From NCBI GenBank assembly GCA_001655205.1, contig LPNZ01007618.1, forward strand, positions 1 through 36,590: a stretch of DNA of 36,590 nt. The letters run 5' to 3'. Positions 1 through 12,400 of this stretch are shown piece by piece. The DNA is from Lenisia limosa. Its lineage: Eukaryota > Protista > Breviatea. The first letter of the stretch is position 1. Each line of letters opens with the position of its first letter. The translations under genes and the position numbers were made by a program. The notes beneath the pieces are model-generated. The model did no database searches. It worked only from the letters and a program-made list of their open reading frames with translations, and was not told the DNA's origin.

Positions 1-2545
1 AGCCTAAGTCATCATCCTGAGACCGGTACCCTCTTTTGCCTATAATATTGAGATTCTGTGCATAAACTTTGGCATTTATATTAGTTTGCATCCCCAGGTT
101 GTATTTAATAGATTTTCTTGCTATTATTTAACAATAATTAATAAACCACCCACGGGAACGGGGGGAGTCGAGCCACAACGGCTCGATAATGTCTGGCACC
201 ACTTCCGCCGATATGCGGCTCATACGGCTCCGTTACAGGCTGGACGGCAAGGTTTCGCACCCGGTTGTCAAGGGTGCAGNNNNNNNNNNNNNNNNNNNNN
301 NNNNNNNNNNNNNNNNNNNNNNNNNNNNNNNNNNNNNNNNNNNNNNNNNNNNNNNNNNNNNNNNNNNNNNNNNNNNNNNNNNNNNNNNNNNNNNNNNNNN
401 NNNNNNNNNNNNNNNNNNNNNNNNNNNNNNNNNNNNNNNNNNNNNNNNNTGCACGCCAAATAATCCTAATGCCAATGAGGAGAGTCTGTATTTCATATAA
501 GCGTGATGATGTGGACAGCTTTGGCCAGATACAACCTTGTTTTATTTCTTATCTCTGTATTGTACATATACATCTTATATATACATGTATATATCTAGTA
601 TTATAATATGAGGAAATAATCCTACAGTTCTTTATTAACAGGGAGAGATGAGAAAGCCAAACAGGTGGTGCCGTCCATTTATATAAGAGATATTGGATTA
701 GAGTAAAAAAACCTTCAATCATTTGTATTACAACTTTCACATCATCACGTTTATTAAAGATTGGTTTTGGGAACCACAATACGCAAATATGGTAGAAGTA
801 ATAATACTAAACTTAGGGGAATCATTTGAAAAAGCCTGATAGTCAGCTGATCAACTCGGAAGTTTAAACCATTGGGGGCTTAATTGCTGTCTTTTTCCAA
901 AAAAGACTAACTAGATCGCTGAGCCTGACAACTACCAGAATCGGTTCTTTCTACCAACCAAAAAGAAGCCTTCTTGGACTTGGTACGAAGGATTTGTTTG
1001 GTGACCCCTCGTATTCCACCAACCTATGAACCAGCCCCAAAAATTGCGGCCCCGCGGAGCCACGCTTCACGGCAATTCCTAAATGATTATGAAGGAGGTT
1101 TGAGGAGCCCAATATATTGTTAAAACAGTATTGTTTTTTGGTCTCAAAAAAGCTTGATGAGGGTGGTGATGAGAAGGGAATAAAAGGCTTGGGTCAAGAA
1201 CTGTTGCGTATGAATCACAAAAAAAGAGATGTAAAAGGTTGTACCAGTCGAAGCTGTCTATAATCTTTCCAAGTAGCATCCCCCCCCCCCCTTTAAANNN
1301 NNNNNNNNNNNNNNNNNNNNNNNNNNNNNNNNNNNNNNNNNNNNNNNAGAAAATAAGAGGAGGTCCAAAAAAATTCTTGAATTGACATAACATTTTAGAA
1401 TTACCCGATCGCCCCGATCGCCCCCTTAGAACAAGAAAATAAATGAAATATAATCTTGCCCCGCCCCACCCAGGTTTCGTGACTGGTTGGCCAAGCTCAA
1501 GAGGGCCTTTTGGTTTCGAGGGGGAGGCATGGCCCCCACTGTCCTGTTAAAGATGATGAAATGAAAGAAGCAGCTGTGTTTGTTCATGGAACTGAAAAAC
1601 GGTTATGTTTGTTCATGTGAGATAAGAGAAATGATGGACTGGAAATAAGCATTTTATTATCCAATATTTCTTGCTCTGAAAAAAAAGAAAGACTCAAAGT
1701 AGCTGGAGCATAGATCATTATCATTGTTCGGTTTCACTCAAGCCCCTTACACGATCGGTGCTCAGTTGCTGTTGCCTTTTAGGAGTAGTTATGTGTTCAT
1801 TTATTCATTTGTACCGAGCAAGGTGGATTAGGGTCTTCTTGAACTTTAAGGGTTATGAGATATAACCAGAACAAGGTAGGAGAATGGGGGATGGTATAGC
1901 AAGGACTCTTCAAATGCCACTTCTAATCATCACAATAATACAACCTTCTTCCCTTCTTCCCTTCATCAGCTTGAAAGGATCAGAGAGGAGACGTGGCTGA
2001 GACTGATGCTGATGATGTTAGGGCTTTTGTCGCCGCCGCAAGTATTGGCCCGCCAACGCCAACAGCCCGCCCCCCAAAAAAGAAAACACCAAAACAAACA
2101 ACAATATTACAATATTATCACAGTATCCCCCCAATCATCATCACCCCGATCAAACCCCGATTTAGACTTGATTTAGCCAAGTAATAACACGCGAGTAGCG
2201 ATTCACCCACTATCACGTGCCAACATTACTTTCAACACCAGTCCATTCTGTGACACTTTCAAGGCTCAAATTGTGGGGTTGGCGGGTCGAATGGTTGGAA
2301 GGATTTGCTATTCTCTGTGATGTTTTGTCAGAATACATTTACAACAATACACGATTTTGTCAAATTGTGGGTAATTTGGAATAATAAAATTATTTTCAAG
2401 TCGAATTCAAGGACCGCAAAATGGTGAAGGTCGTCCGACTATATACCGGGAACCTCCTGACAACCAATGCGTCCGAAGAACATTTGAAAACTATCATTGC
2501 CTTCATTGATGACGATAATATTGGGAGAGACAGAAAACATACATA
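1..2545. other. Unresolved coding-like segments of neighbouring gene(s)
   Basis: GC-richer exon-like blocks with splice-like ends: minus 152-279 (..TEPYEPHIGGSGARHYRAVVARLPRS), minus 1470-1543, plus 1978-2184, plus 2401-2545 (EFKDRKMVKVVRLYTGNLL..). Strand and product could not be fixed; N gaps interrupt. Confidence 0.25.
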
Positions 2546-2606
2546 AATAATGAGAAATCGAGAGAAACAACACAGAAAACACAACTAAACCCACCCGAAT
2601 GAAACT

Positions 2607-3443
2607 TTACTTGAAGCCAAGGTTTGTCAGGTCATCAAGAGGTGTCTGGAGGTCAAATAAGGGAAAGGGAAAATATAGAAATCCCCTTGAACGGAAAATC
2701 CCCAAATACAAATAAAAATACAAATAAAATAACTTGTTGTTATTCTCTTCGGGGCTATATATTCAAATATCACAAAAAAATAGTAACTGATAGAATTGTC
2801 TTACTCTGCTTGAATTATCGAAAGTTTCAGTTGGCGCGATCGTTTCGGAGTCACAGTCGTATAACGGATTGGCAGACGTAGAGGCCGCTGTTCCGGTGTA
2901 TAGTGCTGCGGTCGGAGGTAAGTTAAACAGGGAAAGTTTTCAAGACACCTCGGAGCCTAATATTTCATGCAATCTCGTTCACAAACTGTTTTGTGAAATA
3001 TTTCATGAGAGGAGAAGCACCAAGAAGCGGGAATCAAGAAATAGAATGTTGAGCGTGATGTTTTGCGAATAGTCAAAAGACCCACAGTTTTCCTTGTCAG
3101 CCCAGGTTTTGTCGTGTAGGCCTCGTCTGTACTTGTTGAACTCTCTTCTGCCTTGGTTGGCCTGGAACGCCTTGACACCTGCAATGGCTGCGGCTCCTGT
3201 GGGGGGTCAACTTAAAAAAGTGTCCAATGAAACAACGCACGTCTAAGAAGCGATCTTAATTAGTAAAATAAACAAAAACAAACAAAAACAATTAAGGCAC
3301 TATATCGGAGTGTAATAGGAATACAACGACACTTAATAATCCTTTTTGGGACAGGCTTCCGCCATACCGATTCCGGCAACACCAACGAGGGTAATGATTC
3401 CAGTTTGCACCGTTTCGGCTGGAAGTTCAATTGCAGCAGGCGT
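2607..3443 (-). CDS. Integrin beta transmembrane helix and cytoplasmic tail (4 exons)
   Basis: Exons 3443-3368, 3196-3086, 2905-2805, 2645-2607: GIITLVGVAGIGAAAIAGVKAF-QANQGRREFNKYRRGLHDKTWADKENSLYTGTAASTSANPLYDCDSETIAPTETFDNSSR-TPLDDLTNLGFK*. Confidence 0.85.
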
Positions 3444-6400
3444 CTGGAGGGGGATGAGAGGTGAAGGAAATGTCAATTATAAAAGGTAGTCAAGAAGGTT
3501 GGACCAAAGGGGCGATATATCATGAAGACATGTACATATCATATATTGATATTATCACACACTGACTAATAGTATAATATGATCATTATACATATCTATA
3601 TGATATGTACACGATGCCCCCAACATACGACGTAGCATTCAGTAGAGTCGGTATTGAGATCGGTCATTCGGGTGAGACACGGGTGGACCACAGGGGGGTC
3701 ATTGGTAGAGAAGCAGGTGCCGGTCTGGCATGCGTGAAGGCAATAAGAAACGAAGCAAAGGAACGAAAAATAAAACTTCAAGTTCGGTCAGGGTCACAGC
3801 AGGTATATAACAAGAAGAAGTGCGTAAATATCATGAAAGGTATGGTTTCCAAAGACACATGTGGGGATACATTTAGTGTCAATGACAGCTTTGCCAAAAC
3901 AATAACGAGGTGTGGGATATATAGAGAAATAAATGATGGAAAGAAAGCATCACAATGAATCATGAAAATTCATTTTCTCAAAATAAGTGAGACGATTTCT
4001 CAAATGACATTCCGCTATCCCACCTCGCCCGACACGGGGCACCAGGTGCAGCCTATGACGTCGTTATCGGTACAGGTGCTGCATTGGTCGATCTAAGGGG
4101 AGTCAATAGGGTGACAGGAACAGTCAAATGTGTCATGTTCACCATGACGGTGACCAGCAGGTATAATATCATTCAAACTAGTAAAAGAGTAATCAACCAG
4201 GGTACTGCATCACGAAAGCGATCAATATTTCACAATACTAACAACTTTGGTATCAAGCAAGTACTCAGCATCCTTTTGATCTATGCAATGACCAGATTAC
4301 AGGCATCACACAAGATATACAGACGTATTAAAATTTGTGGTTAACAGGCACCGTATCCCCTTATGATCCACGTTGCGTAATAAAGTACACATATCAAATC
4401 CATATTTAGAAAGTGACCGTATCAGTCAAGTCAAGCCGAAGCGTACCAGAGTACACGCATCAAGACAGGCCGCGGATCCACAAAGGCTGCAGTCGCCAAG
4501 CTGCCATCCATCACCACACTCACTACAGAATGTAAATAATGCAAATAATTAATTTACTACAGTGTAATATAAACAATCAACTCTTGTGAGGAATATAATG
4601 GAAGAGACTGTGACCCACCAGGTGCCGCATTCATTGCATTCACCTGAATAGTGAGGAATGGAAAAGTTTCAAAATAATTAAAAACACAAGAGGAGAAAAT
4701 CTGCCAAAATTAATCCAATATTCAACCTCCATGTCTCCATGTTGTAACTGCGCCCACATCATAAATAACATGTCACGGCATACTCATATTTTCCAGTTTC
4801 ACCACCATATACTGTATTCTCTGAGTAATAGTTGAAGTGAATGCCTACCATGTCCAGAACATGTTTTGCCATTAGGTCCAGTGGGGCAGGTTTGGCCGAA
4901 GTTGCAGTCACATGAATCACCACTCCAGCCATCATAGCAGTTGCTGAAGGAAATAAGTGTGACGTCAGGGATGAGCTTCAAGTTATTATATCAGATTTGG
5001 CCTTTAGTCACCATTATGGCGTCACTTCATTATTTTAAAAGACTGAATTGCTTAATATTTAAATGTACTTGTATATCCTCGAAAAGTATCGACATTTAAC
5101 TGGTGTTCTCTGAATCAGAATGAAGCCATTGTCACTGTCCCCAATCTTCTGGAGAGCACGAGCGTAACACGTGGATACTTTTGGTGATGGTGACCCCACT
5201 ATTGTTGTCCAAATCATTAGCAGTCGCTTACCAAGTTCCACAGTCACAAATGCCTGAGATACAGAGGGGGCATCCTGTTGAAGATCAAAGCGAAAAATGA
5301 CTCAAAAATATTCTTCACAACGTGTCTTCGCAATATTCATTTAAAACAATTCGGCTTCAACTTCCTCCACAAACCAGCAGTTGAGCAATTACATGAGGGG
5401 CCCTCCCATCCAGTGGCACAACGACTGCAGGCGGTTAACTCAGGAAAGCAATGCAATTGAATAATTATTAAAAGAGGAAAAATCGTAATACCATATCAAT
5501 ATCATTGTATACTATACAATGCAACCAGAGAAAGTATGTGGATTTGTGACACTTAAACCATGGATTCCAGGAGGATGTGGGTTGACATTCATGTTGAAGG
5601 AAGAAGTTGTTTTCGTGAATACTAACAAATGAATCAAGATAAAGCAACAAACACAACAACAAAAGAATGTGTGATCAGAAGAATAACTGAACCGAAGTTT
5701 CCAAAGTTCATAACAAGTCAGATATGAGTGATGCTTCAATTCGACCGAACCTGATCGACCACCGATTATGGCTGAGATCGATCCAATCCGGTCTCAGATC
5801 ATTTCGTAGTAAAGTGCTGAAATAAGACATACCATTCACCACATTCACAGGAGCCGGAAGCGCATGGCGGGTCACAGGTCAGTGCGTCGTTACACGAGCA
5901 GTCATCGGCAGTGAAACCCTAAATATTATCAGTATTGTTCAGATTAAGTTTTGGGCTAATGGAGAGTGATTAAACCCATTTCCAGATGCAGAAACAGAAT
6001 CATGTCTACAAGAACCAACATACCTCTTGGCAATCGCATTCTCCGCAAATACTAAAGAAATTAAACAAAAAACAAAATAAAACAAAAACGCTCCTTTGAA
6101 AACAACACAAAAACAAATAAGTCAACCAAAAGACGTTGTATACCATTCTCCATTGTTACTGCACTGATCACCGTTGTCGTTCTCCAGACACAGTTTCATT
6201 GAGCTGGATGGATTACTTTGTTGAAATATTATTGGGATACTATTTACAAAAACAATAGTAGCAACGCCACACATGAAAAACAATATATCAAAATGAAACA
6301 AAAACAGGATTTGATATATGACTTGATGGTAACTTGATTTTCACTATGCATCCACATATCCGATCAATCTCAGTCATAAACCCTAAGAAGTGTAGCCGAC

Positions 6401-9400
6401 CATTTACAGTCATCGCCTGAGAAACCTGTGGATGGATCGCACTGTAAGAAGTTATTGCAAGACAAGAATGGCAAAGCAAGAGGCCAAGGGATTTTGATGA
6501 TCTCGTTCATGCTACATTGTACACCAGTGATTCCTAAGAAAACAGCAAAACATGTGTTACACTGCCCCTTGTTGCGAAGAAATAATTGCCCTTCGCTCAC
6601 CTCACAAACGCCACATTTGCAAACTCCATTTGGAGAACAATCATGTTCACATGGGGTATCGGGGCAATTACAGGTGTCGCCAGAGTACCCACTTTCGCAT
6701 TCACTACAATATGAATTCAAAATAAAACTCAGGGAAATCAATATAAGCAATCTATTTTATTCAATAACAAGGATAAAATTCTTTAAACACGAAAAAAGTG
6801 AAGAATCAAAAGCAAACCAGATTCCACAGTTACAGGTGCCATGATCTGAGCAAATGGCAAGTTCTCCACTACATGCATCAGTTTCAGAATTCCCAACATA
6901 AGAAGGTGGACAGCCACCGTCATGGTGCAATTTTCAAACAAGTAAATAGAAGATGTGAATGAGTTAGGGCATATAGATGAAGTGGAAAATAACAAGACTC
7001 AAGAGGTCAAGAGATGACGTTATGAATCGGAGTGTTAAGATGCCAACAGATCATTGAAGTCTTCTTGGCATGGGTTCTTGGAACAGGTGCAGTCGTCTCC
7101 GGTCCAACCACTCGAGCACTGACATGTAGAACTGGGACAATAAATGAATGTAAACAAGCTGATGATCGTAAGTTAAAATAACACACGGTAAGAGGTGAGA
7201 GGTAATCCTAAATCTGCCGTCCTCCTCACCAAATACAGTCACCGCGACCGCCGCACGTTGCGTTGGCCGACCCGTCTTCTGTTTCAGCAACTGGGCAAAC
7301 ACCAACGGTCAGGCAGGAGCAATCTTCATTGGTATAGTCCGAGTCACACTGAGCAGTAAAATACACTTTAGGGGTTTTAGTGATGTGTCAACATTGTAAT
7401 GCCCGACATACATCACAAGAGCCGCAAATGCAAGATCCATGGCCTGAACATTCCAAGAGGCTGCCATCTGATTGAAGAGAGGACATGCATGCTGCCTTAG
7501 AACAATCGCACGTCGCACCGGAGTAGCCAGTGTCACAAGCACTGGGTGAAGTTATTAAATCAATTAAAGTAACTTGCAAAATTCCATCGAAATAATCAGG
7601 TGCACTTGAGAGATGAGTACACATGACTGGGTATTGAAACAGGAAAAATGTACAAATGGCCAATGTAATATGTCGAGAATTTATCAGAGCCAGCAAACAA
7701 AATGTGATGATTGATAATTACCACGAGCCCCCTCCACCTCCCTATACACAGTTTGTATCCCATTAAAAACTTCACTGAGCTTCACCCTTATTGTCTTCCA
7801 TCAAACATTTTTTCCTGGCTTTACACACCCCTACAAACCAGGTACCGCAGACGCAGGTGCCGTGATCGCCGCAAAGGCCGCCGTCACCAGGACATGGCTT
7901 GGCAATCTATGGTGGTTATTATGGCTTGGCAATAAATGATGCATTCTCCTTGATACTGATGTGCCACGTTGACAGATGGACCAGAAACGACCCCCTCACC
8001 TCGCAGGTACAGTCAGCAAGGCCGTAGCCGGTATCACATACACATTCGCCACATTCACAGCTGCCTTTCAAGTTGCTGGGGAGTATAAACTTAAGAAACA
8101 AAGTAAACGAAATGCAAAACAAACTCTGATGATGAGGAGTGTAAACTCAGGGAAGCCTATTATTAAGAAAAACAATAAAATCAAGAGTTGCTGGGGTAAA
8201 ATAACGAAACACTCTCAGATAGCAGCACACCAGAGAAAAAAAATAGAATGTCATCAAATACGAATGTGATAATTGACGTTTTTACTGAATCCTACCAAAT
8301 TCCGAGTTCACTTGAAGGGCATGGCAGACTTGAGCAATTGCTGGAGCCATGACAAAAGAACAATTTGATACAGATGTGTGATATTAATCCTCCCAGTTTC
8401 TTACCAAGCAGCACCCGCCCATCCGGAGATGCAGTCACATAATCTGAAGGAAATCAAACACNNNNNNNNNNNNNNNNNNNNNNNNNNNNNNNNNNNNNNN
8501 NNNNNNNNNNNNNNNNNNNNNNNNNNNNNNNNNNNNNNNNNNNNNNNNNNNNNNNNNNNNNNNNNNNNNNNNNNNNNNNNNNNNNNNNNNNNNNNNNNNN
8601 NNNCCTCCTTGACGTACCCGTTACATCCGCACGTTCCGCGTCCGCTGCATTCCTCAGTCATACCAGGCGAAGTTTGGCACGGCAGGCCTGAGGGGTGTAA
8701 ACTCAGGAAGTTTTGAATGAACGACAGTTACATCGGGGAAAATGAGCTACGTATGGAAGAACATGAGAATAAGAAGACGCAATTCCAAAGGGACAAAGCA
8801 ACAAGCAGCAGAGCAACAAAAGACTCAATATACATATAGCTATATATATCCGCCCTATTTCAATCTTGTATTTTTGAAGCGGAAGAAAACGGCAGCGTCA
8901 TACCCATAACGCAGTCACAGTCATTCTAAAATAATGAAATTAATGGAGACTACTGCGTAACAGTTGAACGACAGTTGATGGTTGTGAGTTAGGATGAGTA
9001 GTATAGTGAGTCTGATGCAACGGGAGTCTCGAGTATAAACTTGTTTTTATGACATAAGTGTTGACAGTGTCTTTCAAAGACACACTTGAATTTGGAGAGA
9101 ATTTAGTGATAACTAACCAAATGACAATATCATCATCTAAATTGTGATCGATATTACTCACGTTTGGCCCAAGGATATGAGGGTCGGTGCATTCGCAGCT
9201 GCCGCAGTTGCTAAGATGGTAACATAGATATGAACGATTTAAACCAAAAGATCACAGCCATCAATATTAGCTAGCGATGTTAGAGACATACCAAGTTCCC
9301 ATTCCCTGATCAGAGTTGCAGTTGTTGGGGCAGGTTGTTGATGAACAGTTACATGCGTCGCCCTTCCATCCCTGGGAATATCAATCTCAACACACAACAA

Positions 9401-12400
9401 AGCATAATCAGCGAAAAGCGACAAATGCCGATCAATTGACAATGTCGAAAGATATCAAAATAATACCATCAAATCACAGCACGTTGACTATTTCGTGCAT
9501 CATAAGATACCATAGAAACAGACACAGATACCAATGACGACATAATCCCCCAGGTCCGACCTGGAAACAGTCGCACTCTCCACAATTGCACACGCCTTGG
9601 CCGCTGCACTCCTTTCCATCAACTATCGGTGGTTAAAGATAGGAATGATTTTGAAGACAATGAAGAACAAAACAACAACAAAAAAAAAAACAGCAAATTC
9701 TAAAATTCTAGAGCGAATAATTTTGAGATCATTGAGATATGAAAATACGTGACTTCCGAAATGAAGTGAAAAAAAAAATCATATTTTACTCCCTACCTGT
9801 CGGACATGTCTTTGAAAGGTCACATTCACAGGCCGGTCCTGTCTTTCCTACGGGGCATTGGCAGGTACCGCAGACACTGGTGGAGTGATGAACGAATGGT
9901 ATTGATGCGGATGATATAAACCACATATAAAAACAACAACTAAAATACTCACACACACATAAAAAGAAACAAAAAAACTTCAAAATGGGTAGACAGGTAC
10001 CGCAAACTGGTGCTTTGAAATGACATCAAATATTAAACATCACAAATATGTCAGAGATCGGGCAAAATGAAATGATGGCGGCATCCGAATAAGCCAGAAA
10101 AGATTCTCACCAAGGATAGCCATCGCAGGAATCGCCAGATGTAGCAGTGGGGCACGGCAAAATAGAACATGAGCAGTCATCCTGGAAGAGTTAGGGGAAT
10201 CAGTAGCCAAAAATGAAATGGAAGAAAATCACTTCAATCAAGGAGGTAAAGGCAAAGGCAAACACACTGATGAGATCAAAAGCCACAACAATCCATTGAG
10301 CATAAACAGGAGCACGCAAGCAGACAGTGTAGAACGCGGGGTTACAGACGCAGACGCCACATTCACAGGTGCCTTGGCCGGAACCTGCGACGTCAATTTT
10401 TTGGAAAATAATGAATGGTTGTCAAAATAAATGACAGCCGCAATTGAGGTAATATGAGAAATAGTCTCATATATGGGAGCTACAGATTTCTTGTTACCCG
10501 AACCGACCACCCATTCACTTTCGTTTCATTGAAAAGAACCTACAGTCATTGGGACAAGTGAGGCTTGTATCACAATCGCAGGAATCACCGGTGAAAGGCA
10601 AAGTACAGTTGCAAGTTCCACTACACGTTGTCAATATGTAATAACAGCGTCATGGGTGTAAAAAAATAGGGATTACCCCAAGAATAATCACAAAAAAAAG
10701 AAAGAAGAAAAGCACTGTCATAATTAGACTCAATAATGATATCCAAAACATCACAGTAGAGAGCCTACCAGTCGCAGATACCTTGAGAGTTACAGGTGCC
10801 ATCTACAGTGAAAGGGCAAGACGCACATTCGCAATCATCGCCTTCGAATCCGGAGAAACAGTCACATTCTCCACCTGGGGATAGTAACCGACAAAATAAA
10901 ACGAGTGAACATCCTGGGAGTCGTAGATTCTATAACATCTCGACCCTTATTACAAAAGAAAAACAAATACAAAAATGCATTCTGAAACCAACAGTTTAAG
11001 TTTCCATTGCCGCTGCAGGTCTTCAGTGACGCCATGTAGCATGAACATGGACCGAGTGGGTTGGTAACATAGTCCGCTGAGGGATACGGGTACATCAGAA
11101 GAACAAGGGGTTTATGCGTCATCTAATCTGAATTCATGGCAAGACCCACCATCGCATTCACAGACGCCGCAATTGCAGTTTCCATGGTTGGAACAGATTT
11201 CGCCTGTCAAGGAATGGACTGGGCAGGCCGTGCAGTTGCATGGGCCTGTGCCGGGTACCTGGGAGGTTAGCAGAGAGTTAAACGGAATATGTGACAGTAT
11301 TTCATCGACAATAACAAGAACGTTGTAATGCGGTGAATCTCATATTTTGATAAAAATGGCTGATTAATCATGGAAGTCAACTTTCATTTAGAGCAGCCTA
11401 CAAGTTGGCTGAAACCAGGGTTGCATTGGCATTCACCTGGGGAAATAAATCAGTGAAACTATCACAACTGGCTGGTTCCAAAACACCAATAGGGGGAACA
11501 TAATACACATTATCTCCTAGGGGCCAACGTCTATCCCAGAGACGACTGTCATATCTCGTACGCTGTGTTCACCAAGTCATTGAATGGAATGTAATAACAC
11601 ACTCCAAGGAGATAACGGTATAATACATGGGGGGATTTCCATAAACCTCAAACGTAAATGGCGGGTTCATAAAAAAGGGGCATGTTATACTATGGATTTA
11701 CATTTACATAGAGGTATTCGCACTCACCNNNNNNNNNNNNNNNNNNNNNNNNNNNNNNNNNNNNNNNNNNNNNNNNNNNNNNNNNNNNNNNNNNNNNNNN
11801 GCCACATGGTTTGTCGGTTTTACAACTACAGTCAGATCCGCTGTAGCCCTAAACACATCAGGTTTAACCCGAATAAAGCAATGGAACGGAATCATAATGT
11901 AGTCACCCTGAACGTCTCGATCTGACCAGTCATCCCACCTCTGTACAGTAGCATCGCCCGCACCTAATAGAGCGTTAATCGTGACAATAAGAGGGAAAAA
12001 AAAGAAAAAAGCATCACACCACGGGGCAACAAACGGAAGACGTATTCAAAAGTACAAGGAGTGAACATACATGAAAATGAGGCTACAATTCTACCATCAC
12101 GGGACATCATATTACAGCATCCTAAGCCAGCCTACTCGCAGGTGCCGTGTCCAGCACAAGTCGGATCTTCGCATGTCACGCCCGCGCAGTTGCACGTGTA
12201 CTCAGTGTTGACGGTGACTGCGTGTGGGGGGGGGGNNNNNNNNNNNNNNNNNNNNNNNNNNNNNNNNNNNNNNNNNNNNNNCATCTCGCCCACTATCAAT
12301 TCTGCCGTATCCTGCGATGAGAAGAGAGATCGGAAGGCCATCGCCAAGTTCCGACCCCGGGGTGTTGAGGAGGGTCAGGTTAAACTGGACCGATAGATCG

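Noticed and set aside
2940-2958. Alternative acceptor giving a short beta tail ENCSEVS* without NxxY motifs
   Set aside because: Poor pyrimidine tract; the 2905 acceptor restores both conserved motifs. Only junction reads could rescue it.
5255-5280. Apparent frameshift in an EGF exon at a G homopolymer
   Set aside because: Recounting five G gives the in-frame GCPLCISGICDCGTC; there is no lesion.
4447-12217. Tenascin/teneurin-like or standalone EGF-repeat gene
   Set aside because: Exons are phase-continuous with the upstream betaI domain and the downstream integrin-beta TM/tail.
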